From Eledone cirrhosa (taxonomy: Eukaryota): a stretch of DNA of 64,000 nucleotides. Each line of letters begins with the position of its first letter. Position 1 is the stretch's first letter. The position numbers and the translations under genes are program-made. Below, piece by piece: positions 43,088 to 54,739 of the stretch. The stretch is from NCBI GenBank assembly GCA_964016885.1, contig OZ024742.1, forward strand, positions 331,204,001 through 331,268,000. Reading direction: 5' to 3'. Under the pieces are notes generated by a model. It made no database searches, had not been told where the DNA came from, and was given only the letters and a program-made list of their open reading frames with translations.

Positions 43088-43134
43088 CACGGAATAAACT
43101 ACCTTTTTATGATGTCTACCTGTTATTATTCATT

Positions 43135-43177
<43 letters not shown>

Positions 43178-43216
43178 ATATTAATAAATGGAATCTGTAT
43201 TTATAAAAGCATATTT

Positions 43217-43280
43217 ATTTTATTATACATATTTCAAGGGCAACCAAGGCAAATTAATGTGCGCTTTCATCAGATAAAAT
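43217..43280 (-). ncRNA. Type I hammerhead ribozyme in a solo PLE terminus (about 43172-43348)
   Basis: attttat-CTGATGA-aagcgca...tgccctt-GAAA tatgt ATA-ataaaat. Confidence 0.85.
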
Positions 43281-43344
43281 ACAGACTTGCTTTATAAATA
43301 AATACTGACATACCCGGAAAAAGACAACCTTTAAATATAAGCTC

Positions 43345-43433
<89 letters not shown>

Positions 43434-43952
43434 AAAAGTTAAACAGAAGTAACAACACAATTGGTACACTATATGGAAGGGGTATATTAGATTAACGTGT
43501 GATATAGCAGGAAGAGGGTCTTAACGATTCGGACGGTAGTCCTTTATCAGAAGAAAGAATGGGCAACAAGATAGATTGAGGGGACGGGCGGTAGGGAATT
43601 GGAAAACATTTCTTTAGATAAAAATAACAAGTCTATTCATGTTAAAAGATCGAGCGACTTTCGTCAAATTGGGCCGAGGAAACCATGTTTCCGTCGGTCT
43701 TTCCAGTTGCTAATACTATCTATCGGTCGCTACTCCAGGGAGAAGGAGCAACGTGAAGTAAAGTGTCTTGGTCAAGGACATAACGCATCGCCCTGTCAAG
43801 TAATAGAGAGAGTGAGAGAGATGGAGATACAGATAGAGAGAGGGGGAGAGAGAGGGGGAGATTGCGGGGGTAGAGAGAGAGAGGATGTGGTTGATGATGA
43901 TGATGAAGAGTTGTATGAGGTGGAGGGGGGAGGAGGAGAATGGTGAGGAGAA

Positions 43953-44147
43953 ATAATTATTTCTACTTTTGGCACAAGGCCAGCAATTACCCCTGTGCAT
44001 TACTGGTACTTTATTTTATCGACCCCGTAAGGATGAATGTCAAAGTTAACCTCGGCGGGATTTGAACTCAGAATGGCAAGGGCCGTAACTCTATGAGTCA
44101 AAGCATTGCCTCCGACCCTCTACCGATACTGCCAATCCACCGCCCCT
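43953..44147 (-). mobile_element. tRNA-derived SINE, full length
   Basis: Matches 55668-55858; A- and B-box-like motifs on the minus strand. Confidence 0.9.
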
Positions 44148-44964
44148 ATGACAGGTGTTGTATTGTCACTGAGAAAGTGGCTGGCAGAATGACAAAGAGA
44201 CTGATCAAATATGTGAATGTTATAGAGTTTGGAATAGCCAGTGAGTGCGTGATAAAAAAGACACATGACCTTATTGATTGATGAGACAACGTGTTAAAAT
44301 TCCATCACTGAATCTACAGATTAATTCTTTGATTACGCCTATAGAAATTTGATTACAAGCTGACATTTGACTAGGGTCATCACCTTATCTGAATAATGAA
44401 CGAATTGTTTTATTTATTATATGCAGCTACCAATAAAGCAATTAGAGTATACAATCGGTAGTATGTTTCTTTGGCTCACTATTAAAGGAACAGCCATTAT
44501 GTGTGTGTATATATATATATATTTTTTTTCTTCAATATATATCCATTTCACTCAGTAATTCGGAGACCAAATGTGATACATTACAAGAAATATACGATTG
44601 ATAATATAGCCTTCCAACAGAGGCCCCAGATCAGCTTGAGGAGGCATCTGGATTTAAACGTGGGTGGTCTGCAACGCGCGTTTGTTTGAACGAGAATGAC
44701 GCTGAACGCGCGCGGCTTTGAATGCTAGTGACCAACATTGTGCAAAGGGATGATCGCACGTCACTGTTAAGCATAAAGCATAGTGGTTAGAGTGCTTCAC
44801 TCACGATTAAGTTGTCGTTGTTTCGTTTGCTTTATCAGAGGGTGATAGACTTTTTGAGTTGGACGTTTGCGTGTGATAGGAATGAAGCCTATATATTTCA
44901 AACACTTCAACATTTTTGTATGACATTCCGGAATTTTTATATGACGTAGGAGGCCAGTTAAACG

Positions 44965-45548
44965 TGTAGTGACCTACATTCCGCGGGCTCGCATACATTC
45001 TCTGTGCGTGATTTGGCTCTGTTCAGCCAATCAGCGCCAGTAGAAGATGATGTATCCCTACGCGCCCTGAGGAAGAAATTCCCCGCGAGGATTTGAAGAA
45101 TCTCTCTCTTGTACCAGAAACTTCGAACCAGTAACACGCATAATGTAACGGTGAGATATTGCACCCTAGCTTCGCCGGCTTTTCGACGCAATGGCACATT
45201 CCCTTTTGTAACCTCTTTTTATCTGTAACTTCAAACATAGAAGTTAACAAACATTGTTTGTGCTACATCAAAAATAAACATACATTTCATCTCTAATTTC
45301 TGCTGTTGAAATCATTATTATGTTACTCGTGTCTCAATAACATCTATAATCCATGCTGCTGAAATTGGCGACCTGACGAAAGGAATATTGTAAATACTAA
45401 GATGGTAAATAGATCGAGGGACCTTCCCTCACGTCTATGTCGACAAGATAATCCAACGAGGATACTATCACTTACCACACTGGCAACTAACGACCTTCAA
45501 TCATCTACCCTGTTAAAGTGGCGACTATTCAACTTTCATACTGCTAAA
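44965..45548 (+). repeat. 5' LTR
   Basis: Starts TGTAG and ends ctaaa (degenerate CTACA); directly repeated at 47189-47744. Confidence 0.88.
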
Positions 45549-45549
45549 G

Positions 45550-45561
45550 TGGTGACCGACG
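45550..45561 (+). promoter_or_regulatory. Primer binding site
   Basis: TGGTGACCGACG immediately after the LTR, similar to the TGGTGACCCCGAC PBS of many Gypsy elements. Confidence 0.7.
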
Positions 45562-47188
45562 TAAGAATTTAACGCAGCCCTTCTTTTTTATTCAGTTAAA
45601 CTTTTATTGCCACGTTGCCAACCTTTTCGCAACTTGCGAAAATACAATATATTCCTTTCAAAATTTTTTTTTGAAAAATTAGCAGTATTTCAAAAAAATG
45701 TTCGCCACGAGGGAATTTCAAGATGGCTACCGACAAGTCATGGCTACACTCGACAACAACAACGACAGCAGCAGCAGCGGCAGCGACAGCATTGTTTAAC
45801 CACTGACCAACGACAGGGAGTAGTGAGATGGCAGCTTCATAGCCTTACCGACTCAAACCACCACACATCGGAAATTTCAAAACGGCTTGTAACTTTACCG
45901 ACGCAACCACCATACCTTCTGTCTCGTTACCACAGGGACTCGAGAAATTGAGACAGTAGTTTTCTCACCATTATGGCGTCAGAAGTGGCTGCCATGTTGG
46001 ACTCTGGGTTCTTCAACGCTTGACTGCTGCTATCAAGAAGATTCATTGACTTTGCTTTAACAACAAAACCTTATGTCACACAAGGTGGCAAGACGGTAGA
46101 ATGGCCACGAAAATTCTCAAAAACACCATACATCTAAACCCTAACGGTATTAAGATACTTCTTTTTCAGTTTTCAGATAGAACTAGTGCCTGTACACTGG
46201 TGATGTGTGAACTATTTGACTTTGAAAAACTTTGAACTTATTGAGCAATTTCTCTGCTCCCTTAGATTGACTTTGAATTATCAGTTTGTTACATTCACAT
46301 ATTTCTTTGTAGAATGCATTTACTTGTTTTGTGCTCTTTTGCTATTTGCTTGCTCATGGTTTTTGTTCATTCACATTCTTTGCTGTTTTACATGCCTGCA
46401 TATGCACACATTTTTTTATCACACACCAACATGTTGTTCTTGGTATATATTCTTCAAACGTAATATTCTGCGAGTCGCTTTTCACCTGGTTGAGGTGCTG
46501 TCACATGCTAGAAGCTCACAGAGCTTAATCCACTGGATTCAAACAGGCACCGCAACACAAGAATACTAATTGCAGCTGAACTCAAACAGCTTCGCATCTC
46601 GTTGCACACTGATCGTCCATGACGGCCATCCGTCTTGTTGTTTTTGCCCGAATCGCTGGGAAAGCAACAAATTGAACTGGACTTGTCAGCATTTCGGCCA
46701 CTTTTGTGGATTCGCTCGAATTATGGAATTTACAATGCAACCCACCTACAGATTAAACTTGTTTTTTTTTCTTTACAAAGCAACCAGCCATTTTTTCCTG
46801 ACTCCACAGCACATTTGACAATACATCTGGGGGCCATCATTTTCTCGCCATCACTGGTAAACTACCATAATAGCTTCGTTCACAGCTACTGGTACAACGC
46901 TTACCATTAACATTTAATGCAAGAACAGCAACTTCGACCATGTCAGACTTTATCTGTTTTCTGGTAGGCCCTTGAGGGTCTCGTTTAAACTACAAAACAG
47001 CTAGTCATTTGACAGCGGCTCAACACGGCCCGTCGCGCCTAATTTTTTTTTGTTCTTGCATGAATCTTTTTGCTCAATTATTTTTTCACTGATGTGCTCT
47101 TTCAGCATTTGTTCTTGCTGATTCAATAATATGTGGGTCCTTGGTTTCTTCGTTATCGATTTTCGGCTGAAAATCTACTCGGAGGTGA

Positions 47189-47744
47189 TATAGTGATCTA
47201 CATTCCGCGGGCTCACATACATTCTCTGTGCGTGATTTGACTCAGTTCAGCCAATCAGCGCCAGTAGAAGAGGATGTAATTCCCCGCGAGGATTTGAAGA
47301 ATCTCTCTCTTGTACCAGAAACTTCGAACCAGCAACACACATAATGTAACGGTGAGATATTGCACCCTAGCCTCGCCGGCTTTTCGGCGCAATGGCACAT
47401 TCCCTTTTGTAACCTCTTTTTATCTGTAACTTCAACCATATAAGTTAACAAACATTGTTTGTGCTACATCAAAAATAAACATACATTTCATCTCTAATTT
47501 CTGCTGTTGAAATCATCATTATGTTACTCGTGTCTCAATAACATCTATAATCCATGCTGCTGGAATTGGCGACCTGACGAAAGGAATATTGTAAATACTA
47601 AGATTGTAAATAGATCGAGGGACCTTCCCTCACGTCTATGTCGACAAGATAATCCAACGAGGATACTATCACTTACCACACTGGCAACTAACGACCTTCA
47701 ATCATCTAGCCTGTTAAAGTGGCGACTATTCAACTTTCATACTG
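47189..47744 (+). repeat. 3' LTR (terminal CTACA missing)
   Basis: Highly similar to the 5' LTR, with a deletion of about 22 bp near 47277. Confidence 0.88.
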
Positions 47745-47875
47745 AGTTGGACGTTTTCCTGTGATAGAAATGAAGCCTATATATTTCAAACACTTCAACA
47801 TTTTTGTATGACATTCCGGAATTTTTGTATGACGTAGGAGGCCAGTTAAACGTATCAGCTGTATTGATTTTTTGG

Positions 47876-48089
47876 TTAACCCTTTAGTATTCACATTACT
47901 CTATATATACTATTATATTTTCATGGTAAAGGCTTTACCTTGCATAATTATCTCACATAATATTGAATCTATGAGATTTTGAAAGTATTCATTTTGAAAA
48001 CAATACCTTAACATCAGTTTGAGCGATCGGTTACAGCCAGTTTTAACAGAAAGAGGTAGAAAATTATGGTTTGAACATTAAAGGGTTAA
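47876..48089. mobile_element. TTAA-flanked MITE (piggyBac-type ends)
   Basis: TTAA-CCCTTTagtattca ... tgaacattAAAGGG-TTAA. Confidence 0.8.
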
Positions 48090-48544
48090 GTACAATATTG
48101 GTACTGATTTACCAAATCCTAAAAATGAAATCAAAATCGTTGAGATAGTTTTAAACAGAATACAAAATGACATAATTAAATATTTATTGCTATTTTCCTC
48201 GATGATAACCATTGTCCTAATCGGCAACATATAATAAGGTTACGTATTCTGATCGATAGAGTTGCTGAGAGGTTGCTTCCCAAATAGTGTAGACTTGTAC
48301 CTATGAGCGAAAAATATATTAATAAGGATTTTTATTATCTTTGTGAATATTATTATATGATTGTTTCAGTAATGTTTGTTCCATTGCGTGTTTTCACTTA
48401 ACTTTCTGTTTCAGCTCAGTGATGAAACAACTACTACTAAACACAAATAAAACATCAAAAGCCTCTATAACTCTTATTCAATTTCCTGTACACCTTCGTT
48501 GCGTGCAGTGTCTTGATTCACACCATATTTTTTCTTGTGTGTGT

Positions 48545-48564
48545 TTATGTGTGTCTATCACTGT

Positions 48565-48596
<32 letters not shown>

Positions 48597-48622
48597 GTGT
48601 GTGTGTGTGTGTGTCTGCGTGT

Positions 48623-48707
<85 letters not shown>

Positions 48708-48722
48708 TGTGTGTGTGTGTGT
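48545..48722. repeat. (TG)n microsatellite
   Basis: Directly visible. Confidence 0.97.
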
Positions 48723-48864
48723 TTTCTACCATTATATTGAATGTACTCAAATTAATTATCAGTAGTGCTCAGTAACGTGAATGCTACTCTGTTGTGTATG
48801 GGTGTATGTTTGTGAATTCGTTTGCATTTCCTTCCATCACCTGAATTGATATGATGGTGATTGT

Positions 48865-50040
48865 CATATGTTACTCTCCCAATACGATTGTTTAGGTTGT
48901 TCGAGGTCCTTTCTGTATCCTGTCACTTCTGATGTATTGTCATAATAAAGGGATAATGTATTGTGCTTAATAGCTCGTACACTGCCGTGACCCTTATGTC
49001 TCCAAGTTATTTCATTGCTGTTTCTATAATTTTTAACACACTTGGTACGCCATCTTGCCAATATACACGCGTGCTGGTCCTACTCAGATGATTATTCATT
49101 AATGCATTTTCTCTATTACTTATGTATATTGTTTCCTGTAATTTATTTTGCTTCAATCCTTTTCTTCGTAAAAGTTATGCGTTTTTAGTTTTTAGTTGCA
49201 GCTTGGGTTGCAGTAACATTTTTATTTGAGGTTTACTTAACATTACTGTTCGCCTTGTTTCGGTTTACAATTATCCAATCCTTTTGTTTTTAACTCCTGT
49301 ATAATATTCACATGTGGGAGTTTTCTGCACTTTGTCGGGTTGTTTGCTATTGATTCGTATTCTGTTAAGTTGTCATCTATGATTAATTCAATTGCTGAAA
49401 TTATATCTTCATTTCGTTCAGGTTTTCTAGCGCTTCAGATAACAATTAGCTTCTTCCCGCGGGTGAAAGAATGTATAGTGAAATGTTTGGCCGAACTTGT
49501 GGTGTGGCGTCTTACATTTGGATTGGGCTTATCAGTTAGTTAATCAGGACAGTGTTTGTGTTAGCTTAATGGGTGATTACGGATTTTCGTTTTGGTCAGT
49601 TCTAGATTATCTTGCCGTGTGGGTCGTATATATCGGTATTTGTCTCTATATACGATCAGGTTTGTTGGATGTATATGGTCGAAGTTTATTTGTGTTGTTC
49701 ATATTGAATATATGTAGGTGCAATGCCAATTACCTCAGTAAGTATGTATCACTGCAGTGTAATATATATGAGCATCGATTGTAACATATGACATCCATCG
49801 CACCCATACCATTAATTGGTGCAAGTAGATTGGTGTTTGGTGAGAGGGTTAAGTTATGGTTTCGTGAGATGTTATTAGGTGTTACTGTATATACCATATT
49901 TCTCGGCAGAGATTTTCTGCGTCAGGACGGGTTGCAGGTAATGGATAGTGATAAGGCTATCACAGTACATGACCAACAAACAAGATATGTATCAACACGT
50001 GAAAATTACGTTGATAGAAATGTTTATAAGGACTTAGAGA
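48865..50040 (-). pseudogene. Very old PLE RT/GIY-YIG relic
   Basis: Weak remnants in the expected order (YLHQ..G.AM, HSF.P, TS.NLNNRI). Confidence 0.35.
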
Positions 50041-50890
50041 TATTCATCAGGATATTTCCTGAAAAGTTGTCATCAACGTCTGAGGCAACTGGATTTTCAA
50101 AGTAGGCCCGGACGCGCACTCCCATCTTGCAAAGGAAATGAGATAATTTAGGATTGAAGACACAAAGGAGCGGGGACCCCGAGTTCCCGAATCTGCTAGC
50201 ACGCGAAAGCTGAATCTAGACAACGCGGCATTTCCAGACAAGACCTTGCTCGAACATGTCATGTGCCCAGTGGCATGGCCCATAAATTAGGAGACATAAT
50301 ATTAGTGCTTCAATATTTCAATCAAATGTCTACGCAGGTGGTGGATAGCAATGCGGCCACCAGATGGTTACCTGCGACATAAGCGGACTAATAAGAAACT
50401 ACGAAGAAACAATGTTAATCACAAGGGGAGATGTAGTATTAGTTGGTGATACGCTTAGTGTTTCGTTATCAATCCTCACTTAATCTTATATAATATTGCT
50501 TCTCATTGAGATGTTTAGGTATTAAAGACTAATTAATCTTGAATGAATATTAAACTAATCCTTCATCAGTCGAATTGTATCAGGTGGTCAAGTATATGGC
50601 TGTCAAGTAGTCCTAATATTCTAGAGGATTTTGATAATTAAACTGTATGTCTGTTATTATTCCAGCATACTGCCATGGCAAATGAAACAGTATGTATTAT
50701 ATCAGTTAAATTTCTCTTAGCTCTTGAAGGAAGAATTAAACTCCCCTGAAATGTATGTCGGATTCTTCAATTATTGTTGCTGCTTGATTCAAATAAGAAA
50801 TCAGACCCATATGAAATCATGGCAGAATATCAATATACTATTGCTTCTCTGAGATGTTTAAGCATTATAGAATAATTAAGCTTTAATTAA

Positions 50891-50951
<61 letters not shown>

Positions 50952-51546
50952 GTAAGTATGTTTTGAAACTGTGGGCAGGTTTGAAATTAGAAAATAGAAT
51001 AGATTTCACCGTATTTTTCGACTAAAGACATGTTCGTCTGTTAGTGGGGTTTAGAATCCTCAGATAAATGGAAAAAAATGAGTATTCATATACAGGGGAG
51101 GCGAACCGACATCTTTGGTTATCCAGACCACTATGGTACCATTTACTCCAACACATCACCCATACCCTTCCATTCAAATTAGAAGCTACATTCCTAGCGA
51201 GTATAAATGACAAGTAAGTATGTTTTGAAACAGTGAGCAGGTTTGAAATTAGAAAATAGAATAGCTTTCACCGTATTTTTCGACTAAAGAAATGTTAGTC
51301 TGATAATGGGGTTTAGAACCCTCAGATAAATGGAAAAAGATAAGTATTGACGTACATGGGAGTCGTACCCATATGTTTGTGTTCGGTAGCACAGTGTTGG
51401 TGTAAATAGTAGCACAGTGGTCTGGATAACCAAAGATATATGTTCGACTCCCATGTACGTCACTACTCATCTTTTTCCATTTATCTGAGGGTTCTAAATC
51501 CCATTATCAGACTAAAATTTTTTAGTCGAAAAATACGGTGAAAGAT
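50952..51546. mobile_element. ~262-bp unit in partial tandem plus inverted copy, inside (TA)n
   Basis: gtaagtatgttttgaaac starts at about 50951 and 51214; 51394-51546 is the inverted copy. Confidence 0.88.
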
Positions 51547-51684
51547 ATATATATATATATCGGCCTGCCCGCCGAGCCAGTGGGGTGGCCTTATCTTATG
51601 GCTAAAACAGCACAACGTGCTGTAAGCAGCGGCGCCGATTGGCGCCCGACAGACTGGTCGGTCAAGGTGATCAAGGTGATATAA

Positions 51685-51855
51685 ATATATTAGAAAGTGA
51701 GGTTTTTTTACAAAAAAGGGAAAAAAGATGAAATCGAAAATGCAACTGGAGTCTTTTAATTTAATATATATTTATTTGGTTCCTTTACCGGTTTCGCAGT
51801 TCTTCTGCTTTTCAAAAGTAGAATTGAGATGGAGGGTTTGTGGTTTTTCTCGCAT
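51685..51855 (-). mobile_element. Solo terminus of the 59404-62265 PLE family with HHR at 51782-51819
   Basis: Matches 59404-59546 and the reverse complement of 62241-62265. Confidence 0.88.
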
Positions 51856-51872
51856 ATATATATATACCTACA

Positions 51873-51944
<72 letters not shown>

Positions 51945-51950
51945 CATATA

Positions 51951-52168
51951 TCTACCGAATTATTATTATTTTTATATGAGTCCCCAGTGTCCGCGCATTG
52001 CCTGGAGACTTAGCTGAGAATAGACTCCCTGATGACGCAATGAATTATCGACAGTTTATTACGTAACTGTCTTTATCCCATTGCAGAAACTAATTAGTTG
52101 GAGTGAAAATTTTAGTAAGTAAGTTCATTTTTTTACATTTTTTTAAAATTTTCTTATTTTACGTCTTC
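51951..52168 (+). mobile_element. Solo terminus of the 24745 family
   Basis: Reverse complement of 24750-24972. Confidence 0.9.
52024..52104 (+). ncRNA. Type I hammerhead ribozyme with extended stem II
   Basis: actcc-CTGATGA-c gcaatg...cattgc a-GAAAC taatta GTT-ggagt. Confidence 0.9.
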
Positions 52169-52217
52169 TCTCTCTATATATATATGTACATATATATACA
52201 TATATGTACCTACATAT

Positions 52218-52485
52218 ATAATTTAATAAACAAGAGAGATGAACACTAATATAAACATACATGTGTTCAAATCGCAAGGACTAGGTTAGTTAGGGTGAAA
52301 AAATACTAACTACAGCAATAGGTTTATCAGACTTAATTTTAAGTTTTAAATTACTACTTAAAATTAAGTCTGACAAACCATATTGCTATAGTTAGTATTT
52401 GTTCACACTAAATAACCTAGTCCTTACGATTCGAACACATGTACGTTTATATTAGTGTTCATCTCTCTTATTTATTCAATTATAT
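52218..52485. repeat. Non-coding ~270-bp foldback
   Basis: Arms about 52218-52344 and 52356-52485 (cagacttaattttaagt / acttaaaattaagtctg); TA-rich flanks. Confidence 0.9.
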
Positions 52486-52627
52486 TACACGGATCGGAAA
52501 AGCCTTTTTCTCAGAGCTAATAAATTGTAAGAGACTACTCTGAGTTTCAAACTCACTATATATATATATATATATACATATATATATTTATATATGTATA
52601 TATATATATATATATATACAGTATCTA

Positions 52628-52699
<72 letters not shown>

Positions 52700-52701
<2 letters not shown>

Positions 52702-53811
52702 CGGTAAACATGAAACGAAATTTCATTTCCCACTCTTAGTAGGGCTGTTACTTAAATATAAGTATGTACACATACATACATATATGTATACATACGTACA
52801 GTAGTATGTATATATACATATACATACATGCACACATATATGTATATATGTACGTATGGATTCACCGAACATTTATTATAATGCGAGGTGTGTTTGTAAA
52901 CAAACATCCCGTATTAAGCCGTAGTGTCCAGCAACCATCGTTGCTCGTTTGTTCAACACTGACAAAGGAACGCTGTATTAGTTTCAAGCTTATTAGCTAT
53001 CGTCAGCAACGTTTACCTTCCTGCCAGATTGTTGAACGCATATACTTACCTTATGCATATTAACAGCTGAGTAGCACAATTTGAATATCGAGTGGGTTAA
53101 TCGGCCGAGTGCACCAAAAACGATAAACGGAAAAAATGAAACCCAATTTCATTTCCCACACTTAGTACGGCTATTACTTAAATATAAGTATGTACTCGTA
53201 CATACATATATGTATACAGACGTACAGTAGTATGTATATGAATATACATACATGCACACATATATATATATGTACGTATGGATTCACCGAACATTTATTA
53301 TAATGCCCTGTGTGTTTTTAAACAAACATCCCGTATTAAACCGTAGTGTCCAGCAACCATCTTTGCTCGTTTGTTCAACACATATATATATATGTACGTA
53401 TGCATTCACCGAACATTTATTATAATGCCCGGTGTGTTTCATTTTTTTCGTTTATCGTTTTCGGTGCACCCGGCCGATTAACCCACTCGATATTCAATTT
53501 CTGCTACTCAGCCGTTAATATGCATAAGGTAAGTATATACGTTCAACAATCTGGCAGGAAGGTATACGTTGCTGACGATAGCTAATAAGCTTAATTCTAG
53601 CACAGCATTGCTTTGTCAGTGTTGAACAAACGAGCAACGATGGTTGCTGGACACTACGGCTTAATGCGGGATGTTTGTTTACAAACACACCGGGCATTAT
53701 AATAAATGTTTGGTGAATCCATACGTACATATATATATGTGTGCATGTATGTATATATATACACATACTACAGTGCGTCTGTATACATATATATTTATGT
53801 ACGTGTACATA

Positions 53812-53815
<4 letters not shown>
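52700..53815. mobile_element. Retrozyme-like ~425-bp unit: partial tandem array plus inverted copy
   Basis: The unit restarts at about 53126; 53435-53815 is inverted; HHR at 52969-53013 (minus) and a damaged copy at about 53566-53610 (plus). Confidence 0.85.
52969..53013 (-). ncRNA. Minimal hammerhead ribozyme
   Basis: aacgttg-CTGACGA-tagctaataagctt-GAAAC ta ATA-cagcgtt. Confidence 0.8.
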
Positions 53816-53850
<35 letters not shown>

Positions 53851-53931
53851 CGTCCCTTCACACACAACAGTCTTTGATAGCGCTAGTTTGTGATTTAAAT
53901 TCAGGAATTTTATATTCTTTGAATGAAAAGA

Positions 53932-54015
53932 ACCTTCTGACGAGAATCTCTCTTTGCAACGAAGGCCGTATGGTCTCCGTTTTATTTTTGGGATTCGAAA
54001 CCGATCGGTAAAGGT
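53932..54015 (+). ncRNA. Type I hammerhead ribozyme in a solo terminus (about 53845-54087)
   Basis: acctt-CTGACGA-gaatc[...]gattc-GAAAC cgatcg GTA-aaggt; palindromic stem III ACCGATCGGT. Confidence 0.92.
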
Positions 54016-54082
54016 AACTATAGTAGGTAAAGTCAATTTTTTTTAATTTATTTTGAAACTTTTTCATTATTTACTAAACCTT

Positions 54083-54134
<52 letters not shown>

Positions 54135-54136
<2 letters not shown>

Positions 54137-54470
54137 CCTTCTGATGCTCACGCACAAAATCGATCTATTTGCGAAAATACTTAGATGTTGAACTTTTTTC
54201 TACGACAGATATGCGACAATCAGGACTTCGGTACCAAGGAGAGATTGGGATTTATTACCTACAAATCTCCCCCTCCGAACCCTATGCTCTCACCCTTCGA
54301 GAATTACCTTTTTCCAACTGGTCAAGAACATTAAATTCAAACCCAGACACAGTCGATTCCTACAAAAACTCCGTAGCAACCTAACAGAGTATGATAACTC
54401 CAATGACATCATGGTGCACTCGGATAAAACTGGTAAACTCTACTTTGTCAACCCCGATATGTATATAGAT

Positions 54471-54565
<95 letters not shown>

Positions 54566-54620
54566 CTAGCAAAGTAAAATTGAAACCATAAAGTTCCGAA
54601 ACATTACAAAAAATACCAGT
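54135..54620 (+). pseudogene. PLE N-terminal (pre-RT) fragment interrupted by (TA)n
   Basis: DIMVHSDKTGKLYFVNPDMY, then after the TA run VPKHYKK; resembles the PLE V.ADKT..Y ... IT..YKK motif. Confidence 0.65.
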
Positions 54621-54739
54621 TATCTTACGATATATATATATATGTATATAATGTAGGAGGTGAGTTTAATTGTAGCACAATAAAGCAATGCAAATATCGG
54701 ATAAGTAGCAATCTACATTTTGTAGGACTGGAGTATAAA

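Larger units (their letters stand above)
40662..43140 (-). mobile_element. Young 5'-truncated PLE with identical inverted pseudo-LTR (40804-40993 and 42954-43143)
   Basis: About 190-bp inverted repeat with no mismatch seen; RT and GIY-YIG lie between; (TA)n flanks. Confidence 0.96.
44965..47744 (+). mobile_element. Internally deleted, degenerate Gypsy-like LTR retrotransposon
   Basis: Direct LTRs, PBS tggtgaccgacg, a purine-rich tract before the 3' LTR, and weak protease and integrase remnants (H..GI...F.W; WI...GI; V..RL..A). Confidence 0.82.

Noticed and set aside
50330-50380. Hairpin cgcaggt...acctgcg with a CTCF-like ccaccagatgg
   Set aside because: A single short motif with no supporting context.
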